In this document: positions 49,195-61,146 of the stretch, piece after piece
How the letters are laid out: each line of letters starts with the position of its first letter
Position numbering within the stretch: position 1 is the stretch's first letter
Assembly: GCF_000143415.4 (NCBI RefSeq)
Contig: NW_003314293.1
Coordinates: 1,494,457-1,558,456 of the forward strand
Direction of reading: 5' to 3'
DNA from: Selaginella moellendorffii
Lineage: Eukaryota; Plantae; Lycopodiophyta
DNA length: 64,000 nt
The notes under the pieces: model-generated
What the model saw: the letters and a program-made list of their open reading frames with translations, nothing else
Told to the model about the DNA's origin: nothing
Databases searched by the model: none
Made by a program: the position numbers and the translations under genes

Positions 49195-50986
49195 AACAAA
49201 ATCACCACCCTTCAACAGCACCCTATGCACAAGACGCTCATAACAAAGGCCCCTCCCAAGAGCAGCTGAATGTTTATACTGATTCCCAAGCTCTGTCATC
49301 AAGAATCAAGAATGCAGTCGCTGACTTTTTTCACATACCCTCCTGACAAAACCGTAGCCGCTTTGGATGCACTTGATCCAAACCAACCGCAGCTTTGGCC
49401 CTGGCCTTCCTCTCATCCAGCTTAGTTGCACGCAGTAGATACCTAGGAACTCCACCCAAATAATCGAAGTTGTCAAGCGCTTTCTCTCTGTCCACCACAT
49501 TCATGCTTCCGTAACTAGCTCGGTAAGGCTCAAAGTCGTCAAGGAATTTCCCAATCTCCTCCCTGGACCACACCGACATATAAAGCATGCAACAAAGCCC
49601 CCCCTTGCCAAACTCATCATAGTTTTTCTCCCTAGATGAGGGAACCAAAAGAACTCGACATCTGCCAGGTAAAGGCGTCTTCTGCTTCTCATCTATCACT
49701 AGCCACATCAACCGATCGTCCAGCATTTTGCATATAATTGTGTCATTCACGTGATAAGCACCTTCAGCACACCGCCTTCGAAAATTCAGGACGTAAACAA
49801 CCTTGCCAACCTTGTATAACACCTTTTCATGCCCCATTTGGCCCAGCCTAATCATCCAGTGGTAGCCAAAGAACGTTTTCCCTATCCCTCCAGTACCTAC
49901 GACGATGAAAGAAGTGAAGTTGTCAAGCCGGTCCTGGATTTGGGACTCTAGACTCGCATACGCCTCTCGTTTCCATAGCAGGAAAGGTTGGCGATAATCT
50001 CCCAGTGCATCACTATCTAGAATCCAGAATTTAGAATCTGGAGTATCAGTAGCCCTTACAAGGGCCGCCACACCAGCTGGTACACCTGAAGCAAGATACG
50101 AATGCACGGATCAGACAAGAACTGCTACAAGCAGGCAGATACCGCTCTGTGAGGAGAACTGAGCAAACTCTAGTAGTGTGAGGCAGGAAAACTTCAAACG
50201 ACTGCAAAACAGTCATCCCAGACAGAAGAGCTCTAAGCCGAAGAAGACACAGACAGTATTAATAGAACGCAAGGGGCCACATGGCCATGAATTCAATTAC
50301 AACCCCAAGCCAGACACAAGCACCCAAGACCAAATCCAACAGCGACGCCATCAGAAGCAAGACCTTGCGCCCGATTTCATGGCGCACCAGGAATACCAAG
50401 AACTGGACAAAAAATGGGACTTTCAACATCACAGATCAAAGAGAAAACAAGGGGGATATGCAAGGAAACAAAAGGCTTTCATAATTGCTTACCAAATCGG
50501 CGGATTCCATGGGGCACTGCAACATTCAGAACATAACAAAGTTAGTATTATCAATAGAAAACATGGCCAGAATCAAGGGTCTCAACAGCCATAGCCATAC
50601 AAGGATGACCAAGGATCCACAAGGGAGCATGCGTCCGCTAAAAGCCACCATAGCCACACTTCCGGCAACCCAAAATAAAAGCGAATTGAAGCTACCTCTA
50701 GCCCACGACACACAGCAAAACGCCCCAAATCGAGGGGCAAAGCTAAATACACAAAGAATGACTTACCATTACTTCTGAGGAGGTGGAGTTTTTCCTCCCG
50801 CAGCTGTTCTTCCTCCTTCCGCAGCTGTTCTTCCTCCTTCCGCAGCTGCTCTTCCTCATTCCGCCAATATTCCGCCAGACATTGATTGCCACTCTGAAGG
50901 GCAGAGAAAAAAGATTCCCCAGCCGCTTGGATCTGCGGCTCAAGAAGCGCGATTTCAGCCTGAACCTTAGCCAATTCCTCGTCCAT
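49195..50986 (-). pseudogene. Crinkler/RHS-like NTPase gene, copy 1 (frameshifted, 3' deleted)
   Basis: Header exon MDEELAK...EEEQLR repeats; GTGGIGKT; frameshift near 49385; the nuclease region is deleted. Confidence 0.75.
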
Positions 50987-51157
50987 TTTGCTATCAAGTA
51001 TGGCAGTGGCGCCCTAGAATCGTCAGGGACCGCACGATCTTCATCCGACGGCCTGATGTTTTAGACCACTAACTCAATTAAGAGACAAAAAGCGAAAACT
51101 CAGCCATACTTTAGTTTGTTTAAGCGGCTTCTATTTTACAGCTTTGTACGAACTTAT

Positions 51158-51653
51158 CTCGTCGACGCCCCAGACGTGAGCGAATCCAAGAAGGTGAAGG
51201 CCCACATTGTGTTGCTGCTGCGTACCATGGCCAAGATCCTGCGCACCAAGCTCTCAAATCACAGCCACAGCTGCGCACTTGCCCGATCAAATGCCGCACG
51301 TCCACCGCCACCACCATTCGCTCCACCTCCATTCTGCCCTAGCATACTCCAAGCAATAGTGTGCTGTTCGCCGTTCGTGTCGGCGAGAAACGAGGGTAGC
51401 ATCAAGGCATTCCGGGATTGTGTGGACAAGCTATTACTGGGGGATGCTCAGGAAGATCATGCTGCTGCTGCTCCTCTCCATCCACATCGGCCGAAGTATG
51501 ACTGATGTTGCACGGGAGAATTTTGAGGACAGAGAGACGTATTACAAATGGCTTTTCAAGGAACCTGACGAACGATTTGAGGCTTTTCTCGAGTACGTGG
51601 AGAAAGAGGAAGAAAAGGTGCGTGGTTTTTTCCTTCCCTTTGCAGAGCGGTAA
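51158..51653 (+). pseudogene. Partner ORF copy 1, disrupted by an internal inversion and a deletion
   Basis: 51158-51359 is the reverse complement of 54737-54913; the C-terminal RENFEDRETYYKWLFKEPDERFEAFLEY is retained. Confidence 0.6.
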
Positions 51654-52299
51654 CCGTGACATATATATAGTATTTCAAATTGGTGTTTACAGCTTCAGAA
51701 ATAGTTTCTCGTAAAGAACCGACGAACGAAACAAGAAATTTACGGCACGATCACATCTCGCAAGTTGCCAAGACTTGTAGCAGCAAAGACTGCGCTAAAA
51801 ACATAGTCTGCTGAATCCAGGGAAGCATGTACAAAGCAAAAAGTCATTCATAAACTCTTAGTTTACTTCTCATTAACTACACTTTGATTATGTGCTTTAA
51901 AGCTTATCAAAATAATGCTATACTTTGTTTGCCATTTTACTAATCTAATACAAAAAGTGCATTAGGCTGATGGCAAAGCCTTTACAAATTCCTTGTTAGA
52001 TATATAAGACAAATAGCGCCCACCACAAGGAAGAAGGCAGGTGCTGTGCTAAGCTCATGATTGCGCTGGAGAGGGTGATTAGCGTGGTATTTAAATTATC
52101 CTCGTCAGCAGTTATACTTCAATTTAAGTTGTTACACTTGGATTCATTTGAATATTTTACCAAATGCTAAATCAACATCAGTTTTAAAAATAACTTAAAT
52201 GAGTAGTATATATTATTAAAATAACGAACATATTGTATTAAAAACTTTGATTTACTGAGAAATTTATATTGTAAGTATATATATAAAAAAACAGAAGCT

Positions 52300-54613
52300 T
52301 CATTGTGCATCCTCGTAGTCCACTTGAACAACAAACTGGCGCATCTTCCCAAATACTGCATTTCTTTTCCCATAGACTCCATCTTTATTATTCTTGTATT
52401 GCTGCCATCCAGTTCCTGGAAACGTCTCTTTTGGAACACACGACCACAACCTGTAGCTTGATCTCTTCAACGCAGCATCCACCATTTCTAAGCCACTCGC
52501 TTTAAAGCCGTGTTTTCCATCCACTCTCTTGAAGACCTGAATGAGAATGTCTTTATCCATAGCAGAATCAATGCTCGGAAAGACTTCAGAAGTTGGTTTC
52601 ACATACTTGCCCATCCCTATCTTTCCTCGAAACTCACCAGCGGAACTTGCCTCTAGCATGATATGAGGTCCAATATGATGGGAAGTCTCAGGACCGGAGC
52701 TTCCATCAGCGTAAACTGGCTTGATAACAAAATCACCACCCTTCAACAGCAGCCTATGCACAAGAGGTTCATAAAGCCTCCCCCACAAAGCCCCCACCCA
52801 AGAGCAGCTGAATGTTTCTCTCAGAAATTCCACCACACGCACAGGTCCAGCAAGCAGATACTGATTCGCAAGCTCTGTCATCAAAGCCTCGCTTGCAAAC
52901 TGATATGTCTTTTCGCTGTGGTCCTCAGTTGCCACAATGTGGAGAATCCAGTCGCTGACGTCTTCCACGTACCCTCCTGACAAAACCGTGCCCGCTCTGG
53001 ATACACTTGTTCCGAACAACACAACCGCAGTCTTGGCCATGGCCTTCACCTCATCCAGCTTTGTTGCACGCAGTACATACCTAGGAACTCCACCCAAATA
53101 ATCGAAGTTGTCAAACCCTTCCTTTCTGTCCACCACATTCATGTTCCCGTAACTAGTTCGGTAAGGCTCAAAGTCGTCAAGGAATTTCCCAATCTCCTCC
53201 CTAGACCACACCGACATATAAAGCATGCAACAAAGCCCCCCTTTGCCAAACTTACCGTAATTTTTCTTCCTAGATGAGGGAACCAAAAGAACTCGACATC
53301 TGCGAGGTAAAGGCGCCTTCTGCTTCCCATCTATTACTAGCCACATTGACGGATCGTCCAGCATTTCGCATATAATTTGGTCACTCACGTCATAACGACC
53401 TTCAGCACACCGCCTTCGCAAATTCAGGATGTAGACAAACTTCCCATCCTTGTATAATACCTTTTCATGCCCCATTTGACCCAGCCTAATAATCCAGTGG
53501 TAGCCAAAGAACGTTTTCCCTATCCCTGCAGTGCCTAGGACGATGAAAGAAGTGAAGTTGTTGAGCTGCTCCAGGATTTTTGATTCTAGACTCGCATACG
53601 CCTTTCGTTTCCATAGCAGGAAAGGTTGGCCATAATCATCGCTATCTAGAATCCAGAATTTAGAATCTGGAGTATCAGTAGCCCTTACAAGGGCCGCCAC
53701 ACCAGTTGGTACACCTGAAGCAAGATACGAATCCATGGATCAGACAAGAACTGCTACAAGCAGGCAAATACCGCTCTGTGAGGAGAACTGAGCAAACTCT
53801 AGTGTGAGGGTGGAAAACTTCAAACGACGGCAAAACAGTCATCCCAGAGGGAAGAGCTCTAAGCCGAGGAAGACACAGGCAGCATTAATAGAACGCAAGG
53901 GGCCACATACCAAGCAGATGGCCATGAATTCAATTACAACCACAAGCCAGACACAAACACCCAAGACCAAATCCAACAGCGACACCATCAGAAGCAAGAC
54001 CTTGCGCCCGATTTCATGGCGCTCCAGGAATACCAAGAACTGGACAAAAAATGGGACTTTCAACATCACAGATCAAAGAGAAAACAAGGGGGATATGCAA
54101 GGAAACAAAGGGCTTTCACAATTGCTTACCAAATCGGCGGATTCCATGGGGCACTGCAACATTCAGAACATAACAAAGTTAGTATTATCAATAGAAAACA
54201 TGGCCAGAATCGAGGGTCTCAACAGCCATAGCCATACAAGGATGACCAAGGATCCACAAGGGAGTATGCGTCCGCCAGCAGCAAAGCCAAAAGCCACCAT
54301 AGCCACACTTCCGGCAACCCAAAATAAAAGCGAATTGAAGCTACCTCTACACAGCAAAACGCCGCAAATCGAGGGGGAAAGCTAAATACTTACCATTACT
54401 TCTGAGGAGGAGGAGCTTATCCTCCCGCAGCTGTTCTTCCTCCTTCCGCAGCCGCTCTTTCTCATTCCGCAGCTGCTCTTCCTTCTTCCGCCAATATTTT
54501 GCCAGAGATCGATTGCCACTCTGAAGGGCAGAGAGAAAAGATTCCCCAGCCGCTTGGATCTGCGGCTCAAGAAGCCCGATTTGGGCTTCCACCTTAGCCA
54601 ATTCCTCGTCCAT
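52300..54613 (-). CDS. Crinkler/RHS (CR)-type effector-like protein: coiled-coil header, P-loop NTPase, restriction-endonuclease-like domain
   Basis: Header exon 54613-54394 (phase-1 GTAAGT donor) can join in frame at TTGCTTCAG|53714; Walker A GTAGIGKT, WLVIDG, YMSVWSREEI, GGVPRY, GRLYE, YVKP..FPSIDS...LIQV...H. Confidence 0.75.
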
Positions 54614-54773
54614 TTGGCTAGCTGAAACCCTATCTTGAAACCCTCTTATATGGAGGCAGTGGCGCCCTAGATCAATTATAAACACTGGTTTTGTTTGTTT
54701 AAGCGGCTTCTATTTTACACTTTTGTACGAACTTATCTATTGCTTGCTCCTTGGTGGAGTGTGCTAGGGCAGA

Positions 54774-55232
54774 ATGGAGGTGGAGCGAGTGGTGGTGGAC
54801 GTGCAGCATGCGTTGGAGAGCTTGGTGCGCAGGATCTTGGCCATGGTAAGCAGCAGCAACACAATGTGGGCATTCACCTTCTTGGATTCGCTCGCATCTG
54901 GGGCGTCGACGAGTGTGCTGGGGAGAGCTGGGACGGTGCTGTTCACGTCGGCGAGAAACGAGCGTAGCATCAAGGCATTCCAGGATTGCGTGGACAAGCT
55001 ATTACTGGGAGATGCTCAGGAAGATCACGCTGCTGCTGCTCCTCGCCATGGCTGGGCATTCCACATCGGCCGAAGTATGACTGATGTTGTGCGGGAGAAT
55101 TTTGAGGACAGAGAGACGTATTACAAATGGCTTTTCAAGGAACCTGACGAACGATTTGAGGCTTTTCTCGAGTACATGGAGAAAGAGGAAGAAAAGGTGC
55201 GTGGTTTTTTCCTTCCCTTTGCAGAGCGGTAA
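54774..55232 (+). CDS. Hypothetical small protein, head-to-head with the CR-like gene
   Basis: 152-aa ORF whose ATG lies 161 bp from the CR-like ATG; C-terminal part conserved in copy 1; possible donor AAG|GTGCGT near 55197. Confidence 0.45.
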   Translation: MEVERVVVDVQHALESLVRRILAMVSSSNTMWAFTFLDSLASGASTSVLGRAGTVLFTSARNERSIKAFQDCVDKLLLGDAQEDHAAAAPRHGWAFHIGRSMTDVVRENFEDRETYYKWLFKEPDERFEAFLEYMEKEEEKVRGFFLPFAER

Positions 55233-57756
55233 TCGTGACATATATACAGTATTTCAAATTGGTGTTTACGCAATCTTACAGCTTCAGAAATCGTTTCTCG
55301 TAAAGAACCGATGAACGAAACAAGAAATTTACGGCACGATCACACTCATAAGTTGCCAAGAGTTGTAGCAGCAAAGACTGCGCTAAAAGCATAGTCTGCT
55401 GAATCCAGGGAAGCATGTACAAAGCAAAAAGTCATTCATAAACTCTTAGTTTACTTCTCATTAACTAGACTTCAATCACTTTAATTATGTGTTTTAAAGC
55501 TATGCTATACTTTGTTTGCCATTTTATTAATCTAATACAAAAAGCCTTCCACCAAACTCTTTTTTCTAAGGCTGAGAATTATAAATTTACAAATTCCTAA
55601 ATCAATTGCTTTTCCAATTTACTAAGTGGATATGTGTGAAGCTTCTTTTATCAAGAAAATATTGTTAAGGCACATAATTCCGGAACACTTTCAGATATAT
55701 AAGACAAATAGAGCCCACCACAAGGAAGAAGGCAGGTGCTGTGCTATGCTCATGATTGCACTGGAGGGGATGATTAGCGTGGTATTTAAATTATCCTCAT
55801 TTAAATACTTTGATATACTGAGAGATTTATATGGTAAGTATATATATAAAAAAACAGAAGCTTAGTCACAAGCATTTGGGATTATCATAGATTAAGTTTA
55901 TAGATTAATTAGAGGAGTTCACATAAAAGATTTAATAGATTTATATGTTTCTCCCCATATTAAGGGCTTTCCCCTCAACATCTAGTGACTTCACTAAAGA
56001 AGATTGATTCCTAGCTAACCATAAAAGCTATTGTGCAAGTAATAAGTAAACTTCTCTTTAGTTTATCTTTACCTTCTTCAACTAGTTATGGGTCTACTTG
56101 GTTTCATTGTATTTTTCTGGCTGTTCTTCTTGGAAGGCAACTGTAGGAGTGTGGAGCAACAACAAAATGCTTACATGGCCTGAAGTTTTGATCTTGATGG
56201 CTCATTCTCTGTTTTTTGTTTTGGTGCTGCTTAGGCTTGATCCTCTCTTCTGCTACACAACAATAAGATGCCATTGAGAACAAAAACAACAACAATAATG
56301 AAGTCTATGTACTATTAGAGTTTGTAGGTTTTCTTGAATGGCTAGTGCTCCTTGTAACGTGTTTGGATTTATCTAAATGCGACAAGAGACTATAGTCTGT
56401 ACATGCACAATGCACTATTTACTGTATATTTAACTCTTCAATAGTCATATAATCATGTGATTGATTCATTAACAATAAACATATCCACTTGTATGAATTT
56501 CTTATCTACATTTTATATTGAATGCATAAGCTGAAATTTCTAGATTATTAGAAAAACTTTTAAAATGTATAACTATTTATCTATTTATTATATTTTAATA
56601 TTAATAATATAAATAATTTTGTATGCATTAATTTCAGAAATAATAGTAGTGTTATTCCTATATAGTATTTTTCATCACTCAGAAGTTTAAAATTATGAAC
56701 ATAATTATAATTTATAAACACAAGATTCTTATTTGGTAGAAAAAACTAGAATATACTAAAAGCTTTATAGGAATTTATAAATTATAAAAATGTTTATAAA
56801 TATAAATACAAATTTAATCTAAATTAATATAACCATTAAATGGTAGAATATCTCAGAAAATATTTTTGGTTTGTTTAAGCAAACCTGTAGAGGATGGTAG
56901 TGGATATATCTAGAATATGTCTGGATATTCTAGAATACTTTACCATTTAACGGTTGTTATTCATTTATATTAATCTTGTATTGTAATTTATAAACTTTTC
57001 TAAACACCTCCTAATGTATTAAAAAAAAAATTTTATCTAACAGTTCATATGCATTTAGATGCATGAATTGTTATAAGAAGTTACTCAATGGAGCAATAGC
57101 GTGGACAAAGAAGAAGCTTTCACATACAAAGAGCTCATGAACAAAAGAGTGTGATACTCTCTTAGCTTATCTCCCTCATGGATCCCACACGAAAATCACC
57201 AAAATAGAGTGTTTCTTGCACTGAGGATCCAGGAATTTGGAGTGGCCTGGGATTCAACTAGCAATTCAAAAGACAGCCTTTTTCCTTTGTTCCCAGGCCC
57301 TGCCTCCAACGAGTGCTGTCCCCCCGGACCACCAATACACAAACAATGGCGATATGTGGTGGACATCACACACAAACCCCAAATTAAAATCTTGCAAGCC
57401 CAAAGCCACGTCATGACGTTTAAATTATCCTACCAGCTTGCCACTGACATGGCATAGTATGGGTTAAAAAAGGGTGTTGTTACTTACTTCTCTCTCTCTC
57501 TCTCTCTCTCTCCCCCCCCAGATTGTCATGAGGTGGTTGTGCTAGAGGAGGATCTAATCGCTAGAGTGTGCTGTGCTTTTGCCAATTCCTCCCCACCAAC
57601 AAAGCGCAAGCTCGAGCAAGCTGTGTGATTTATCTCAATCCTAATTGCAAGGAAACTATGGAATATGACAAATGTTATAAGTGTTCCAAAGCATCCAGCA
57701 TCAGTAGTGTACAAGAATATATGGGGTTAAGGTGTGGTAAGCATCAATCACTCTAA

Positions 57757-58015
57757 AGTATTTTGTAGATCTTTACACACAAATTTCAAGCTTTCAAGTG
57801 ATACCTTTTGAACCTTCTTAATTACCTTACACAGGTGGAAAGGGTGGCACTTTGGAACATGGCCCAGAATCAATGCTGTCCACGCCACAACATCATGGTG
57901 AGGCATTTGATCAAACACTGCACGAGCATTGATCACTTGAAAGTATCACTTGAAAGCTTGAAACTTGTGTGTAAAAATCTATTGAATATCTTTTGAACCT
58001 TCTCAATTACCTTAG
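57757..58015. repeat. ~50-bp inverted repeat enclosing a PPR fragment
   Basis: TTTACACACAAATTTCAAGCTTTCAAGTGATAC pairs with GTATCACTTGAAAGCTTGAAACTTGTGTGTAAA; the loop encodes ARAVFDQMPHHDVVAWTALILGH on the minus strand. Confidence 0.75.
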
Positions 58016-58699
58016 CTTGTAGAAAGGAGTTGCATAGAGGTTGTGATTGTTAGCAGGATTTCTGGACTGGAAATCCATTTTGCATTGTTAAACAGAACAT
58101 AGTCATATGGAGAGTTCTACCTTTGTGTTTCAAAGATCATTGCAGTTAGAGTTTGCCATCTTTGATGCACATATAAATTCTGAGAGTACTTTTGTGTCCC
58201 TACCATTTCATGAACCATCCACTAACTTGGAAGAGACCCTCCTATCAAGGTAGGGTTCCATGCTCCACTCACCTAAAAATGTCTTTCCCCCTCCAAATCC
58301 CCCCATTTTTTTAATGGTTACATATAACCCCCCTTTTGATATGCCTAAATGGATTAGGGTGCCATTTTTGTTTGCCCTGAGCACAACCATGCCACAACTC
58401 AGCAATTCTTCCTTAACAATCATCTCCCATGCTATAGAGATTGTGATGAGGTATATAAATTTGGTAAAGTTATTCTTTTTGGAGGAGGAGAACATAATCT
58501 TAGTTTTAGTTTCAAGAAAGCTCTTGTTTATTCAAATGGTGGAGGAAGTTATTGTTATAGTTCTTTCCATGCCATATCCCATTACAACTTTATTTTTCAA
58601 GAGAGTGATCACTAAAAAGGAGCATTTAAGGTTATCAATTGCCACGTATTACATCAAGCCAAGTAGTCTCCACACTAGTGGTATTATACAGAGCTTGAG

Positions 58700-59650
58700 G
58701 TTCTTTATATAGATCCACAAAGATTCAAAGAAGTGTTTCAGGTTTTAGTAATTACTTTCACTTTTAGGAGGCCTCCTCCAAGTTTGGTAGAAATACTAGG
58801 GCAACACTTACCTGTTTCAAAGAAAATAGCTATTACTTGGAACACTTGGCATTTGGGGATATATGGTGAACAATTGGTGATGCATTTGGAGTGGTTTCAT
58901 ACATTGCTCAAGCTTATCAATGCCATTTTAGGTGTGCATTGCTTGAGCATGAAGGACTAATGATCTATTGGCTGAATGAGGAGGGAATGAATGAAGTTAT
59001 AATAGAATTTCAAAGATTATGTGAATTTTGTCATGCAATGGATTGCACTCACATTGCAATCAAACTCCCAAGATCAGAAGACATAATAAATTGGTATACT
59101 AGGGAAAAAAATTACTATAGTTTAAGCTATGGTAGAGAGTAAGACTTTGATATAACAACAAAGATAGCAGGTAGTGTTTTAGATGGATAAGTTTGGAATT
59201 CTAGTCGTTTGAAGAAAGTATGATGTGGCCTAATGTACTACACAAAGTTTAGGGACATTCCATAGTATATCATTATTGATAGAGGATATGACTATGCTTT
59301 ATCAGTTTTATTCCCATATCCAAACAAGTTTTGTGGTAAAGAGCAGTGCAACTTCATTCATTTTTCTACAAGGATTATTGTTGAGTGATTTTTTAGAATT
59401 TTGAAAAGGCAATGGAAATTGTTAGCTCAGAAGGGATTTAGACATCCAAGCATCCTTGTGAACAACATCATGGCTTGTTACATGCTACATAACTTGATAA
59501 TCACAAAGAATGATAGATTTATGGAAGATTTTGATCTTGACAAATTTAACCATGATGTAAGCTATTGTCCACAAAATCTTTTTGTTTAGATAAAGGTGGC
59601 ATAACATTGAGAGACACTATGGAAAAGTTTTTGAAGAATTTGGAGTGATA
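58700..59650 (+). mobile_element. Decayed PIF/Harbinger DDE transposase
   Basis: AMDCTHIAI...WYTREKNYYS, IIDRGY, NFIHFSTRIIVE*FF.ILKRQW and ACYMLHN; many stops and frameshifts; TIRs not located. Confidence 0.8.
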
Positions 59651-61146
59651 GTACTATAGTATGCTTGCACTTTATTTAATACAATGTTTTTGAATGAACT
59701 TCCATATTTTCTGATATACAGAGCTCTTATGTGCAAGATCCAGGACATGTTGAGCATTAGATGCGAGTTCTATATCTGTAATTTGAGCTTTGTATCAGTA
59801 GTAGCTCCAAAATTAGAGCTCCAATGCATATTAGTAGATATGCACAAAACTAATGGATAAATGTATCCTCGTCTAGAGCAAATGTTGTGAGCCCATTTTA
59901 GTAGACTTGTGCCTTTAGAGGCAATTTTTTTATCCTCCCAAAACCTATAAGCCGATTGGACAATCGTGAAAATGCAATAGTGATTCTCACCCAAGTGTGT
60001 GCTTCATCCAGTTTTCATCATCTTATTTCTAGAATCACAAAATTTAAAAGTCACAAGCAAGAGCTTGGTAGTGTTGTGAGATATTTACTGCAAAATCTTA
60101 AATGGGCATGTGCTCCACAAGCTTTCCTTTCTAGCTTTTATAGATTGCATTGTGATCACTATATTGATAAGTAAGTTTTCTAGCTCGATAAGATCAAAGT
60201 TTCTATGCCAACCAAACAAGGTAAAGAGGAGAGCTATGTAAGAACTAATGTATGATATCAAGCTCCTCTCCAATTTTAAAGCCATCTATTGGATTGTGAA
60301 AGGAGTAGGAAGATCACATTCTGCCTTATTTGGCAAAACATCCAATCCCCATTATTCTATTTGGAAGAAAATGCATGCATTTGATCAATCTAAAGGCTTC
60401 TTTTTTAAAATGAAGAACTGGGTTTTGACTAAGATGGGCAACAATGTATGTGCGTCCAAGTTCAAGAGCCCACCCAGCTCTTTCGCAACTATTGCTCAGC
60501 CAACGATCTAACTTTTGAGAACTTGGTGAGACGATTATGGTTCATACCGGTTTGCTGGAGAGCAAGGTGTAGTGCACATCACATTTGGACTAGAGCCAAC
60601 ATCTAGAACTCGATGCAAAACACAAGTTATTAAGCAAAACCATAGAAAAAGACACTCACTTTAGAAAGAAAAAAAAAGAATGGAACTTACAGAAGAGAGC
60701 TTTGTTATCCACAGTGGCATTGTTGGCAAATGATTTTTGAGGCTCTGGATCCAATTGCACCACATTCCCCATCCTCCTCCTTAATCTTCTCTTCTTCGTC
60801 GCTATTCTATAAGACGCTCACTAAAATCCATGAAAGCCATGGCCACGAGAGCTCCATTGCAGAGAGCTCAAGGGCATGGGACTTTATGCTGCTGTCAACC
60901 ACTAGCAGCTTGGTGATCATTGGGAAATTGAGGCTACTCATCACCTTGAGATTGCCCAGTTTTTGTATTAATCCCTATAGGATATTGGGGAATGTACATA
61001 TATGTTTCATTGATCCAGCTTTTGGCCATGGAGCTCTTAGTCAATTCCTAGATCATAAAATAAGCATGCTGATGTTTGGTGTGGTGCTCAAGTTTCTTCA
61101 CAGAGCAATGGATGTGAATGGGCCTTGGAGCTCTTTATCACTTGAG

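Larger units (their letters stand above)
48960..55863. repeat. Tandem segmental duplication (two ~3.1-3.7-kb units)
   Basis: Unit 1 (~48960-52075) and unit 2 (~52076-55860) share the NTPase gene, header exon, partner ORF and flanks. Confidence 0.9.

Noticed and set aside
53804-54385. 193-aa plus-strand ORF
   Set aside because: Antisense to the CR-like gene's intron region; frame not preserved in the duplicate (50178-50778)
59700-61140. Myb/SANT partner gene of the Harbinger element or another gene
   Set aside because: Some splice-like signals but no recognisable motif; too degenerate to call
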